DNA of 63,933 bases from Octopus bimaculoides. Its lineage: Eukaryota. Positions 50,643 through 63,933 of this stretch are shown here, piece by piece. The DNA is taken from the NCBI RefSeq assembly GCF_001194135.2, contig NC_068999.1, positions 50,409,316-50,473,248 of the forward strand, read 5' to 3'. Each line of letters starts with the position of its first letter. The first letter of the stretch is position 1. The position numbers were made by a program, and so were the translations under genes. Below the pieces are notes generated by a model, which ran no database searches, was not told where the DNA came from, and saw only the letters and a program-made list of their open reading frames with translations.

Positions 50643-51208
50643 TATATATATTATATATATATATGTGTGCACACGCATAAATACCCACATGTACATACAT
50701 AGCGGTATATATAAACAAATACTGGAAACATATACAAATAAATACATATAAATAAATAAATAAATAAATAAATACAGAGCTTAGCATAAACAGATTAAAC
50801 TCTTCCGGTTTCAAACAAGAGTGATGTGCATACATAGTTTGAACATCCATCGAGCTGTGACTAATTTTGGAATAGACACGCATCACTGATCACAGAATCT
50901 GGACAGACAATTAATAGCACAATGATGTTGCTAACATCGCGGAATAACAACGAAAGCAAAAAAAGAAAAAGAGAGAAAAAGAAAACGATTAAATAAATAA
51001 AGACGTAGAGATGAACCAAGTAACCTAGCAACCAGCAAGTAAATCAGCGAATCATAGAAACCTACACAAACAATCTTGCAACACGCTATATCGAGATTAT
51101 GTGGCATCTTGAACGTGTGTATTCTTCCCCAGCTTCGAGTCGTCCAATGTTCTAACTTAGTTTGAGTGGTATTTGCTATAGACAGGAACCCGTTTAGAAA
51201 CCAGCCCT

Positions 51209-51209
<1 letters not shown>

Positions 51210-51284
<75 letters not shown>

Positions 51285-51318
51285 AATATCTATCTATCTA
51301 TGTATGTANNNNNNNNNN

Positions 51319-51351
<33 letters not shown>

Positions 51352-51470
51352 AATATCTATCTATCTATGTATGTATGTATGTATGTATGTATGTATGTAT
51401 GCATGCATGTATGTATGTGTCTGTCTGTCTGTCTGTCTGTCCGTCCGTCAGCCCGTCCGTCCGTCCGTCC

Positions 51471-51517
<47 letters not shown>
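51210..51517. repeat. Compound (ATCT)n/(GTAT)n/(CTGT)n microsatellite
   Basis: Directly visible. Confidence 0.95.
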
Positions 51518-51593
51518 NNNNNNNNNNNNNNNNNNNNNNNNNNNNNNNNNNNNNNNNNNNNNNNNNNNNNNNNNNNNNNNNNNNNNNNNNNNN

Positions 51594-51624
<31 letters not shown>

Positions 51625-51930
51625 TACAGCTGAAATTTGAATTTGAAAGTGAAACTGCGTGCGAAATATGTCCCTAGTAGTATGACGACAAACCACGTTC
51701 ACTGTCCTATGGCTCACTGACATCGTCCACGGTAACTGCACAATTGTCCCTGGATCTACATAATGCTTTCTTCAGTGCACGTTGTGTATAGTAGAACGTA
51801 TCATCTTCTGTATTCAATGCTTCTATGACACACACACACACGCACACACACAAACACATACACTATATATATATATGCATTCGTACACACGCGTATATAG
51901 GTATACATGAATGTCATATATATGTGCGTC

Positions 51931-51998
<68 letters not shown>

Positions 51999-52957
51999 TA
52001 TGTAATACTTAAATTACAAAGAATATAAGTAGGAATTTCATGCAATAGCAAGGCAAATTAAGTTACTCAGGTAGATGACAAACGATGAATAAACCAAACT
52101 AGAATTTATTTCTTCAAATGTAATAAAGGATCTTTACTTTTCCTCATAAGATTCTTGCAACAAATTGTGTTTTTACCTTGTTATGTTAGAAGCATGCTTT
52201 TTCCATATTGCATCAAGGAGTTTTAGCTCACTGTTGTACAGGAGGTTAATGGAAGATATGTCAAATATAATATTATTACGGGTCCACAACTTGAAAACTA
52301 TGCGCTCAATAAAATCATAATTCGTATATTAAGAAATACGACAACTTTGATTCTTTTGTTGCTGTTCCAAATATTACGTTGTCAATACTTACAACTAATT
52401 TTATTATTTTCATGTATGTACATGATGAATGCATGCGTGCATACATACTTTTCTTGGAGAATTATGGAAGTTCACGTTGATAAGACTAAGGTAAGCGAAT
52501 AACAAAACGGAGAGGTTTCATGGTATGAATGTAGACCCGGGAGTTTGTGTTTCTTACGATTGAGGTATATGTGTAATATAAGTATATATNNNNNNNNNNN
52601 NNNNNNNNNNNNNNNNNNNNNNNNNNNNNNNNNNNNNNNNNNNNNNNNNNNNNNNNNNNNNNNNNNNNNNNNNNNNNNNNNNNNNNNNNNNNNNNNNNNN
52701 NNNNNNNNNNNNNNNNNNNNNNNNNNNNNNNNNNNNNNNNNNNNNNNNNNNNNNNNNNNNNNNNNNNNNNNNNNNNNNNNNNNNNNNNNNNNNNNNNNNN
52801 NNNNNNNNNNNNNNNNNNNNNNNNNNNNNNNNNNNNNNNNNNNNNNNNNNNNNNNNNNNNNNNNNNNNNNNNNNNNNNNNNNNNNNNNNNNNNNNNNNNN
52901 NNNNNNNNNNNNNNNNNNNNNNNNNNNNNNNNNNNNNNNNNNNNNNNNNNNNNNNNN

Positions 52958-53016
<59 letters not shown>

Positions 53017-53519
53017 CGTATAGTTTCTTTAGACTGAATCCACAACCGGTGGCCTGTTGTTACTCTGGAGATTGATCAGCGTGTAACTGGTCACTGAGAC
53101 AGGAATAGCGTGTCTGAAAAGCTGCCTTTTATGCATGGGAAACTCCAGAGTATCAGACCGCCGACTCTCTTCATTCTTAACTTACTATTACACTTCACTA
53201 TGCCATTGATTGTGTGTATATTTATATATACATACATATATATATATGTGTGTGTGTGTGTATATGTATGTGGGTGTGTATGGATCAGTGTATGTACATC
53301 ATTACCACTTGAAATCCGTAGCATAGGCCTCTCTTTCAATGCATAACATACTCACTATTATTGATGCACGTGTGTTTGTGAAATTATGTGTGTGCGTTCG
53401 TGTATTTGCGGTACGTTCTTTTTAGCAGACATTGTCGATGATTTTTTGCATACGTATGAGAATATATGTGAGACGTGTGTTGATGTTGACAGGGAGCAAG
53501 AGGCAGTGAGAGAAAGCTG

Positions 53520-53539
53520 AAGAGGAGAGAGAGAGAGAG

Positions 53540-53584
<45 letters not shown>

Positions 53585-53726
53585 AAGACAGAGAGAGAGA
53601 GAGAGGAAGGAAAAATGAAAGAAAGGAAGAAAAGGAGATAGANNNNNNNNNNGAGATAGAATGAGAGAGAGAGAGAGAGAGAGAGAGGAAGGAAAAATGA
53701 AAGAAAGGAAGAAAAGGAGATAGAAT

Positions 53727-53763
<37 letters not shown>

Positions 53764-53825
53764 GAAGGAAAAATGAAAGAAAGGAAGAAAAGGAGATAGA
53801 TTGAGGGAGAGAGAGAGAGAAAGAA
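53520..53825. repeat. (GA)n tract with three copies of gaggaaggaaaaatgaaagaaaggaagaaaaggagataga
   Basis: Copies at ~53603, ~53685 and ~53761; a 10-N gap separates the first two. Confidence 0.85.
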
Positions 53826-54954
53826 TGAGAGCCCTATTTTTAATCTCACTGAACCATATGATAAATATAAGACTGTTAGACCATCGTCAATCTCGGTTAT
53901 CTTCCAAATCTTCTTATCTACGTATTTCTCCGTATATTTTTTGCTTATTAAGCCTATTTGTATTTTAGCTGGATTTATTAGTCCGCAAATAGATTTATAT
54001 GTGATACCTGCCTTGTGATCCTTTAATGTCATGTATGCCTTTTGTTTATCTCGCCATTATATTCTGTTATCGAATTTTTCTCGTTGCTATAATCTTAGCT
54101 TCGACGTTGATATTGTTGGTAGTCATAGTATTTGCTTCCCTATAGTTCTGAGTTATACTAACAGGAACTATGTATGAATGTATGTGTGTGTATTTGTGTG
54201 TGTGTGTGTCTGTGCATTCAAAGATACACAGCAAATTGCGTGTCAATATATATGCATAGATATATATATATATATATGTGTATATACATACATATATACA
54301 TAAATACACATAAACACATAATACACATACATAAACACATACATATATACATACACTCATATATACATATGTGAGGGTATATATGTGTGTGAGTGTCAAT
54401 GTCTAGAAAGTGCAGTGCGTTTACGTAAATTGTTATGCGAAAAAACCCTTCGTAACTGTGCCGTTTTACTGTCCTCATGACACGATTTATTATTGAGCGG
54501 GTGCATTTGAAAAGTCGTAAGCAGTGCGCTTGAGTAGGAACTAGTGTTATGTGCGCGCATCTCAACGGTTATATGTATGTACGTTTGTTTGCGCATGCTT
54601 ACTAAAACGTTTCCTCATGCATTAGAGCAAAAAAAAAAAAAACCGTGACATTTATCATTCAATGCTTTGAATGCATCGCGAGTTGTAAAAGATTTAATAT
54701 ATTTGTACGTTACCATTAGGCTTTGACATTTTGGACATTGGAATTTCTGAGTCGGGTTCCATTCTTTGTTTCTCATCTTCATCATCACTGTCATCCTCTA
54801 TGTAAAATAAAAGAAAATTGTGAAAATATATATTCATTTTCACTTTTTAATGAATACATTATGATGTTTTTTTTTCTTTTTGGGAAATATAAGGAAACAT
54901 TTATATATATCATAACTCATAAAATATTTCTACCCATCTATAATTCTCTGGCAT

Positions 54955-55195
54955 ATTCCAGTTGATCTGATCAACGAAACAGCCTGTTCCTAAAATTAAC
55001 GTGCCAGTGGCTGAACACGCGACAGACACGCGTACCCTTAACGTAGTTCTCGAGGAAACTCAGCCTTGCCCTCTGAAATACAGAGACCACTCGTTCTTGC
55101 CAGCTTAGTGAACTGGAGTAATGAGAAATAAAGAAATGAAGAGCATCGAACTCATGATGTTACGATCGGGAGCCCTATACCCTAAACACCTCCAC
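54955..55195 (-). mobile_element. SINE family C, near full length, decayed
   Basis: ttccagttgatctgatcaacgaaacagcctg...aaattaacgtg...ttgccagcttagtgaactggag; reverse complement of 2147-2268 plus 29870-30010. Confidence 0.7.
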
Positions 55196-55254
55196 AAGCT
55201 TTCACATCTATGTGTGTATTATATATTTATATGCATGCAGTTCCTGTGTACCAA

Positions 55255-55375
55255 ATTAATTTACAAGGACTTGTTCGGATCGTCACTCATTAGAAATCAC
55301 CTGCCCAAAGTGTCGCGCACTGGAACCGAACCCGTAACCGTGTGGTTGTAAAGCGAGCTTCTTAACCACAATGCA
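55255..55375 (-). mobile_element. SINE family B, 5' head
   Basis: cctgcccaaagtgtcgcgcactggaaccgaacccgtaaccgtgtggttgtaaagcgagcttcttaaccaca. Confidence 0.7.
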
Positions 55376-56548
55376 ATATTTATGCCTTTTTATTTATAGA
55401 ATGTGAACGATATATACGTAGAATCAACAGAAGCGTTTCTTCATCCATTCGTATATATAAATGGAATGATAAACATGCAAATAAAAAAAAATGGCAAAAA
55501 ATGTGACAGAACCAGATGGCTTCCCCCCCCCCTNNNNNNNNNNNNNNNNNNNNNNNNNNNNNNNNNNNNNNNNNNNNNNNNNNNNNNNNNNNNNNNNNNN
55601 NNNNNNNNNNNNNNNNNNNNNNNNNNNNNNNNNNNNNNNNNNNNNNNNNNNNNNNNNNNNNNNNNNNNNNNNNNNNNNNNNNNNNNNNNNNNNNNNNNNN
55701 NNNNNNNNNNNNNNNNNNNNNNNNNNNNNNNNNNNNNNNNNNNNNNNNNNNNNNNNNNNNNNNNNNNNNNNNNNNNNNNNNNNNNNNNNNNNNNNNNNNN
55801 TATATATATATATATATATATATTCTTGATGCAATAGATCGTTGTTGTATGATAGTGTGAGCGAGATTGATATAAAAAAAGAAGATTGACAATGAGCGAG
55901 GTGATTAATTAGTTAAACTTGAAATATCTATTCCAGTTGTTAAATTAGTTTTCGATTTGCAAAAGTTTTACCAACTGAAGAATTGAAAATATTTTATATA
56001 TTTTACCAAAGATGTTATATAAAATCAGAATTTGTTTCATTACTATTATTATTATTCTATCGATTTTCTTCTGTTTTCTAGATTCCAGCGTAAGAAGGAA
56101 TGAAACTGTAAAATTGAAGTCACTTTTGAAATTTCGTGTTTTTCTTATTGTTTTTATCATTTGTTTTTTTTTTCCACATTCCTTTCGTTTTCATATTGTG
56201 TTCTTATAACTATTACAACTACAATAAGTTTCTATCTAGTTTTTCTTTATCTGTGTCAGACAACTTTGCCATTGTTAGTACTGCTTTACGCATCTTAATG
56301 TTGCTTCAACGAAGATGTAATATAAACCTTTAAAAGAAGACAGATAAGAGGATGAGCTAGTCAATCGATTATATACTGCCAACACAAAGCCTTAGAATCC
56401 TGCGTGACTGTGCAAAGAATTTCTTTGGATACGTGTTCATACTAAATAACGTGTTCTTAATACGAGATGGCGAAAACAGCTCCATGGTCACAGGTACAAG
56501 ACAAAGATTTCACACTTACGTCTCTGACAGATGATACAGCACGCATGC

Positions 56549-56636
<88 letters not shown>

Positions 56637-56769
56637 TACTTAAGGAAACACGTAGTAAATGATCCACAAGTCTTCGAGCACACCGAGTCCTCAGCTTGTT
56701 CCATTTGCCAAAACGTTTGCATGCCACTATCAGGTAGATAGATAGATAATGTATGTATGTGCGTATGTA

Positions 56770-57150
56770 TGTGTGATTGTGTTTGTCCCCTACCATCGCA
56801 TCGCTTGACAACCGATGTTAATGTGTTTCCGTCCCCGTAACATTAGCGGTTCGGCAATAGAGACTGCTAGAATAAGTACTAGGCTTACAAAGAATAAGTC
56901 CAAGGGTCGAATGACTGAAACAAGTAAAAGAATAAAAGAATATATGTGTATGTGTTGTGTGTGTGAATGTGTGCGCGCGCGTGATTGTCAATCGTACAGC
57001 TTGACAACCAGTATTGGTTTGTTAACGTCCGTGCAACTTAGCTGTTCCGCGAAAGAGACTGGTAGAATAATAACCAGACTGGCAGAAACATAAGTGCTGG
57101 GATCGATTTATTTGAGTGAAACTATACAAGGTAGTGCTCCAGCATGGCTT
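56770..57150 (+). mobile_element. Two tandem SINE family B 3' halves
   Basis: gcttgacaacc(g/a)...ttagc(g/t)gttc...gagactg..agaata occurs at ~56803 and ~56999. Confidence 0.8.
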
Positions 57151-57331
57151 TCTTTCAATTAGTAAAATAATTTTTAAAAAAAATCAACCACAAAAACTGA
57201 GACCCAACATTAGCAAAACAACCAGCATAAAGTAAAAGAACAACATGATAATCAAAATTCGAAAAAAAAATGAAAGAGGTGAAGGAGAAAAAAGAAGAAA
57301 TGAAATACAAGATGGTCGTTTATATATTTAG

Positions 57332-57862
57332 CCCTTTAGTATTCAGATTATTTTGTTTAATGTGATGCTCATTTATTCACAATTTTGTTGTTTGTCCCTT
57401 CTCGAGCCATGTCAGGCTCATAGGGCCGGTTTCCCGATTTCATTGGCGTATAGCTTCCCATCTGGACGGGTCGCAGGCGAGCTGTTAGATGCAGGAGAGA
57501 AAGAGTGAGAGAAAGTTGTGGCAAAAGAGTCATCAGAAGTTCACCATTACCTTCTGTCGGAGCTGCATGGAGCTTAGGTGTTTTGTTCATAAACACACAC
57601 TTCGCCCGGTCTGAGATTCGAACTCGCGATCCCTCGACCCAGTGAGACTACTGCTTTAACTACTAGGCCATAAGACTCCACATTTACTCACATTGCTTTG
57701 AATTAATCATACATTATCTCGTAGCTTCAGGAGTTTGATGAGCGATTTGTTCAGTTCTAGAATGGCATTGTAGGGCAAGTGTGAGAAACCGGATCCAGCC
57801 AGTTTCAACATAAAACAGGTGAAATATTTTAGCTTGGTGTGGCCGGTTTGAATGCTAAAGGG
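57332..57862. mobile_element. piggyBac-type (TTAA) MITE interrupted by a SINE
   Basis: Left ttag|ccctttagtattca (57332-57345); right tgaatgctaaaggg|ttaa (57849-57866): 13/14 TIR match, CCCT termini and a TTAA target. Confidence 0.7.
57388..57680 (-). mobile_element. tRNA-derived SINE family D nested in the MITE
   Basis: Minus-strand head tggcctagtagttaaagcag...gcgagttcgaatctcagaccgggcg with A and B boxes. Confidence 0.7.
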
Positions 57863-58314
57863 TTAAAGTAAAACAAAGATAGTTACCTGAATACTGTTTC
57901 CGCCTTTGACACCAACAACAAAACCCTAATAATATCAATGCTGCAAGTAAACAGCCAGCGGTTATACCAGCAATTTCCTCGACACCCAGTTCTGGAAAAT
58001 CAAAAGTAAATAAAAAAAAAATAAGGAACAGTAGAACATTTTATCATCATCACCATTATTATTATCATTATTATTATTATTATTGAGTGAGAGAGCAGTG
58101 CATGCCATCAAAGTGACACTGGGGTAAATTATACGAAGCCCATTATACCCGTCTGATAAGGGTACACCAGGCACATGCATCACAACCATATGTACGCAAC
58201 ATGGTGATCTCATATCAAGATAAACAGCGCATGACCTCGCAGGTGCGGCCCAGTCAGAATTTTCTTCAGGTCGAGTAACCCATCCCGCTCAAAAGGTCCC
58301 TGAATAAGGTTTGT

Positions 58315-58600
58315 TTAAGGCAGGCCATATAAATGTATAACTTAACAATAACAATTGAGGTTTTTGCATAAGCTTCTAGAGATAAGATAACATAGTATAG
58401 ATTTCCATTGTAATAGAGGGTTGTTTATAATTTATAGTACAATATAGTATAATATTAGGTCTTAAGGCAGGCCATATCAATGTACAATTTACCAATAGCA
58501 GTTGTGGTTTTTACAATAGCTCCTAGGTTAATATAGTATAAATTTCCATTGGAATAGATGATTGTTTATAAGTTATCAACATTATTCATAGTATTACAAG
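58315..58600. repeat. Two diverged ~147-bp tandem units starting aaggcaggccatat
   Basis: Units begin at ~58317 and ~58464 and share tagtata.atttccattg.aataga...ttgtttataa. Confidence 0.75.
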
Positions 58601-60395
58601 GGGTTGTCTCCCCTTAATGGACCTTTCCTTAGGAAGGAACTTACTTAACGAGTCATTTAACGACAAATTTGAATATAGACGGAACCTAGATGATGGCTTG
58701 GTATTTACCTCTTATTCTTGACCTCTGTTTGATTTTTGTTTGTTCCTTGAAGACGTGTAAGGCAAATTATATGTTTGACTTAAATTTGACAGTCAAATAT
58801 AGCCTTATACAGAAATGTTGACATAGGAATAAATTTCAACAATAACGGATGTTAGCGTCAAAACTCTCTTTTAAATTTAAAACTTTGGATATATATATAT
58901 ATATATATATACATATATATATCACTGCAATAGATCGCTGCTGGCAATGATGTGTCTTGTTAATGACTACCAGCCAAGGAAGACTTTTTGAAATGATGTA
59001 ACAATTTTAGTTTTCTATTATTTCTCTTGAGAAAAAATGAAAAAAATATATTTTAGATGNNNNNNNNNNNNNNNNNNNNNNNNNNNNNNNNNNNNNNNNN
59101 NNNNNNNNNNNNNNNNNNNNNNNNNNNNNNNNNNNNNNNNNNNNNNNNNNNNNNNNNNNNNNNNNNNNNNNNNNNNNNNNNNNNNNNNNNNNNNNNNNNN
59201 NNNNNNNNNNNNNNNNNNNNNNNNNNNNNNNNNNNNNNNNNNNNNNNNNNNNNNNNNNNNNNNNNNNNNNNNNNNNNNNNNNNNNNNNNNNNNNNNNNNN
59301 NNNNNNNNNNNNNNNNNNNNNNNNNNNNNNNNNNNNNNNNNNNNNNNNNNNNNNNNNNNNNNNNNNNNNNNNNNNNNNNNNNNNNNNNNNNNNNNNNNNN
59401 NNNNNNNNNNNNNNNNNNNNNNNNNNNNNNNNNNNNNNNNNNNNNNNNNNNNNNNNNNNNNNNNNNNNNNNNNNNNNNNNNNNNNNNNNNNNNNNNNNNN
59501 NNNNNNNNNNNNNNNNNNNNNNNNNNNNNNNNNNNNNNNNNNNNNNNNNNNNNNNNNNNNNNNNNNNNNNNNNNNNNNNNNNNNNNNNNNNNNNNNNNNN
59601 NNNNNNNNNNNNNNNNNNNNNNNNNNNNNNNNNNNNNNNNNNNNNNNNNNNNNNNNNNNNNNNNNNNNNNNNNNNNNNNNNNNNNNNNNNNNNNNNNNNN
59701 NNNNNNNNNNNNNNNNNNNNNNNNNNNNNNNNNNNNNNNNNNNNNNNNNNNNNNNNNNNNNNNNNNNNNNNNNNNNNNNNNNNNNNNNNNNNNNNNNNNN
59801 NNNNNNNNNNNNNNNNNNNNNNNNNNNNNNNNNNNNNNNNNNNNNNNNNNNNNNNNNNNNNNNNNNNNNNNNNNNNNNNNNNNNNNNNNNNNNNNNNNNN
59901 NNNNNNNNNNNNNNNNNNNNNNNNNNNNNNNNNNNNNNNNNNNNNNNNNNNNNNNNNNNNNNNNNNNNNNNNNNNNNNNNNNNNNNNNNNNNNTATATAT
60001 ATATATATATATATATATGTACATATACATATGTATGTATTCATGTCTATATCTCACTGTGTGTATATGTGTGTATATGTGTGTGTATGTCTGTGTTTGC
60101 GTGTGTATGGTATGTATATTGTCTGTGAAGCTGGGTAAGTTGATTAAACGATCGAGAGTTTCATGAAAGGTGCTAGATATACGTATGGTTGTATATATAT
60201 AAAAAAAGTCAACCATTAATTGAAGGTTAACTGAATAAATTGCCGCAAAGTATCACAATTATTGCAAAGAAAATGTTGGCAGTTACTTCGAAGTTTCATA
60301 CACATACACATACGTGTTTATATTCGCAGATTTCACGCACTCGTTAATCATAGTAATCCAGCTTTTCAGCGGTGTACGACATGAGATTTTCTTTT

Positions 60396-60443
<48 letters not shown>

Positions 60444-60464
60444 TTATACGTACATACAACTTTG

Positions 60465-60575
60465 CCTTTCAGGCTTTCGAGGTCATTGAAATAAGTTCCA
60501 ATTGAGGACTAGGGTCGACGTAATCGATTATCCCCCATGCTCAAATTTTTAGGCCCTGTATCTATAGTGGAAAGG
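60465..60575 (+). mobile_element. SINE family A, 3' fragment
   Basis: aactttgcctttca...gggtcgacgtaatcgattatcccc... Confidence 0.65.
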
Positions 60576-61293
60576 ATCACTATCATTACCCTCNNNNNNN
60601 NNNNNNNNNNNNNNNNNNNNNNNNNNNNNNNNNNNNNNNNNNNNNNNNNNNNNNNNNNNNNNNNNNNNNNNNNNNNNNNNNNNNNNNNNNNNNNNNNNNN
60701 NNNNNNNNNNNNNNNNNNNNNNNNNNNNNNNNNNNNNNNNNNNNNNNNNNNNNNNNNNNNNNNNNNNNNNNNNNNNNNNNNNNNNNNNNNNNNNNNNNNN
60801 NNNNNNNNNNNNNNNNNNNNNNNNNNNNNNNNNNNNNNNNNNNNNNNNNNNNNNNNNNNNNNNNNNNNNNNNNNNNNNNNNNNNNNNNNNNNNNNNNNNN
60901 NNNNNNNNNNNNNNNNNNNNNNNNNNNNNNNNNNNNNNNNNNNNNNNNNNNNNNNNNNNNNNNNNNNNNNNNNNNNNNNNNNNNNNNNNNNNNNNNNNNN
61001 NNNNNNNNNNNNNNNNNNNNNNNNNNNNNNNNNNNNNNNNNNNNNNNNNNNNNNNNNNNNNNNNNNNNNNNNNNNNNNNNNNNNNNNNNNNNNNNNNNNN
61101 NNNNNNNNNNNNNNNNNNNNNNNNNNNNNNNNNNNNNNNNNNNNNNNNNNNNNNNNNNNNNNNNNNNNNNNNNNNNNNNNNNNNNNNNNNNNNNNNNNNN
61201 NNNNNNNNNNNNNNNNNNNNNNNNNNNNNNNNNNNNNNNNNNNNNNNNNNNNNNNNNNNNNNNNNNNNNNNNNNNNNNNNNNNNNNNNNNNNN

Positions 61294-61338
<45 letters not shown>

Positions 61339-61999
61339 GTATATATATATATACACATATATATATATTCATATGTATATAAATATATATATATATATAT
61401 GCATATATATATTTTATATAAATATATATATACTTATATATATATATATACTTATATATATATATATATTATATAAATATGTGTGTGTGTGTGTGTGTAA
61501 TCTCCCCGAGGCATATTGATTCCAATAGCGGAAACAGCCGTTAGCCAATGAATGTTATTACGTGACTCCTCTATTGTCATTCAGTAAGTTATAAATATAT
61601 GTGTGTGTCTGTGTGTATGTGTGTATGTGTGTGTGTATCTATGTGTGTGCGAGTCTGCGTATGTATTTCTTCTATTGTTTTCCAGAGAACAATTATGTAC
61701 ACGTTCATTGAAAAAATTTCAATATATTCAATTTAATAAAATATATCTATTGATTTCGTTTTATTTTTGTCGTTGCTATTTGTTTTCCGTTTCGCTTTGT
61801 TTCAATAATGCTAATTTGTTGTTGCTCTTTGTATATTTGTGGTTATACTTATTGTTATTTCCGTTTTGTTTTGTTTTTATGTTTGTTGTTATACTGTTGG
61901 TACGTCTTTCCTGGGGGGTATTTTTGTAGTGCAGAATCTTCTATTGTTTGTTTTATAATTACTATTAACCACATGACCGGCAACGTAATGAGCCAGACA

Positions 62000-62135
62000 A
62001 ACAACGAGCGAACGAACGAACGAACAAACGAACGAACGAACGAACGAACGAACGAACGAATCAACGAACGAACCAACGAACCAACGAACCAACCAACCAA
62101 CTAACCAGCCAACCAACCAATCAACCAACTACCCA
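62000..62135. repeat. (AACG)n grading into (AACC)n microsatellite
   Basis: Directly visible; a shorter (AACG/AACA)n lies at ~42670-42720. Confidence 0.9.
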
Positions 62136-62988
62136 ACGACTCACTGAACCAACGATCCACCGAACCAGAGAACCAACCATCCAATCGACCAATAAAACTA
62201 AGAATGCTCTTCACTTGAATATCGGAAGTACGTAGTGGGAGAGCTCATTTAGTGATCGCAAACGTTTGAACCGGATATAACTGGCAGAATCTCAAAAATA
62301 TTTAGAAAGAATATTTAGAAATTCCATCGGGGAGTCTCTCAATTACACTCGTGTGTATTAGGGAATAATACAAATTCGAAACAAGCATTTAACTAGCTCC
62401 GATGGGGTTTGCATTTTGCTGACATAAGGCCAATATGTGGTCAGCAACAACGAGGGAATTGGTATTATCAAAACACAACAGCATTTATGGTAAGCATTAG
62501 TAATTTTCGAAACTTGATTGTTACAAATCGAAAACAAACAAAAGTGGCATTGAATTACGACAGAGAAGGTCTTCGATGGAATTGTGAATGAGAGTTTTAC
62601 AACACTTGTTGTGTGTTGCGTGTATATATANNNNNNNNNNNNNNNNNNNNNNNNNNNNNNNNNNNNNNNNNNNNNNNNNNNNNNNNNNNNNNNNNNNNNN
62701 NNNNNNNNNNNNNNNNNNNNNNNNNNNNNNNNNNNNNNNNNNNNNNNNNNNNNNNNNNNNNNNNNNNNNNNNNNNNNNNNNNNNNNNNNNNNNNNNNNNN
62801 NNNNNNNNNNNNNNNNNNNNNNNNNNNNNNNNNNNNNNNNNNNNNNNNNNNNNNNNNNNNNNNNNNNNNNNNNNNNNNNNNNNNNNNNNNNNNNNNNNNN
62901 NNNNNNNNNNNNNNNNNNNNNNNNNNNNNNNNNNNNNNNNNNNNNNNNNNNNNNNNNNNNNNNNNNNNNNNNNNNNNNNNNNNNNNNN

Positions 62989-63032
<44 letters not shown>

Positions 63033-63838
63033 TTTTTATTCTTATACAAGTATGTTGTTGACAGTGTCTTCGAAGCTTTGGCCAACTACGATATCGTTGC
63101 ATCTCGACGATGGCTTGGCTGATCAAGACTTCGAACTCACTTTCAACAACATTATTGAATAAGAATCACTAATTTGTACTCAACAAAAATATAGAGTAAT
63201 CTATCACATTAATGTAAAATTGTTTTCATAATAGCTAGACATAAAAACAAACATCAAGTTATAAAAAACAAAACAAAAGACAAAGAAAGGGTGAAATAAA
63301 GAATCGTAAATTATGCTACTGAATAGGTAACTAACTAGAAAATCTTTTAGATGTCTGCAAAACCTATCCAAATCCGGCGTAAGTTTTATTATTAGAGAAA
63401 AGATGAAATGCTTCGAAACAAAGGTGAGAAAGAATTGGCTGTTAACACCAATAAAAGTCAATGTCTTTTTGTATTCGATGATATCAATGTTTGTAACACA
63501 AATGAAAATGGTGGACAATCATTATTATGTCATCAGGTGCAGTGTCTGTACGAAATACGTGATTTTTCTGTCTTCACATATCTTTCTCATCCTTAATATA
63601 TTATTCTTTCCTTTTCATTCAATATTCTGTTCCGTTCGATTTTGTCATTGAATTCCGTTCCTTTATCCCTTTCCTTTCCGTTCGTTTCGTTTATATTTGT
63701 TGCGTTTATAGAATCTTATCGGATTTCGATCAACGGAACAGTAGTTTTTCCTATGATCTTTATCTTTATATTCTCTCTCTCTCTTTCTGTCTCTGTCTCT
63801 CTGTTTGTATGTCTCTCTTTTTCACTAATTTACCATGA

Positions 63839-63840
<2 letters not shown>

Positions 63841-63902
<62 letters not shown>
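63841..63902. repeat. (ATCT)n microsatellite
   Basis: Directly visible. Confidence 0.95.
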
Positions 63903-63933
63903 CTTAGCTTCTGTGTGTATGTATATATATATA

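Noticed and set aside
50790-50815. Partial resemblance to miR-750 (acagattaaactcttccggtttc)
   Set aside because: Seed mismatches and no complementary arm to form a precursor hairpin.
53820-54032. Non-repetitive start of ORF 53358-54032 (MTLKDHKAGITYKSICGLINPAK...)
   Set aside because: About 70 codons with no recognised motif or convincing splice sites, running into (CT)n.
50030-56540. Other tiny AG..GTAAG pairs on minus (5 nt at ~50040, 4 nt at ~56522; also 31 nt at 823-853 and 10 nt at ~12875)
   Set aside because: Not multiples of 3; they show that such patterns arise by chance here, which is why the 3n candidates get modest scores.
58775-58830. Imperfect hairpin aaggc...tatatgtttgac-loop-gtcaaatata-gcctt
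   Set aside because: AT-rich 10-bp stem with a large asymmetric bulge; not pre-miRNA quality.
1843-63651. Most ORF-track entries, including those over 200 aa
   Set aside because: They are translations of N-gaps or of di-, tri- and tetranucleotide repeats (YIYI, CVCV, SLSL, poly-D/N/Q/K); no domain content.
1-63933. CRISPR array, rRNA or prokaryotic operon
   Set aside because: No regularly spaced repeat-spacer array, rRNA signature or dense coding; the sequence is eukaryotic non-coding DNA.

Overview
AT-rich, microsatellite-saturated animal genomic DNA from a gappy short-read scaffold: about 25 N-gaps totalling roughly 7 kb, most abutting (TA)n. The repeat repertoire resembles an octopod cephalopod such as Octopus; this is inference and no search was run. 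I find no intact, recognisable protein-coding gene, tRNA or rRNA; almost all ORF-track entries are translations of microsatellites or N-runs. Recognisable content: (1) many copies of at least four tRNA-headed SINE families; (2) decayed transposon coding remnants, namely an RTE-type LINE fragment (~0.85-1.1 kb), a mariner C-terminus (~10.4-10.6 kb), an internally deleted Tc1/mariner with both TIRs (36.7-37.2 kb) and the 3' part of a Penelope-like element with a GIY-YIG endonuclease (40.6-41.3 kb); (3) a TTAA/piggyBac-type MITE with a nested SINE; (4) compound micro- and minisatellites. Best leads: a ~245-bp fold-back whose two arms each carry a decayed minimal hammerhead-ribozyme motif, a second hammerhead-like motif at 46.0 kb, a consensus CTCF site in a unique island, and minus-strand splice signals (candidate 6-, 15- and 33-nt microexons and a recursive-splice-like AG|GT). 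The splice signals suggest, but do not prove, that the window lies inside a long minus-strand intron.
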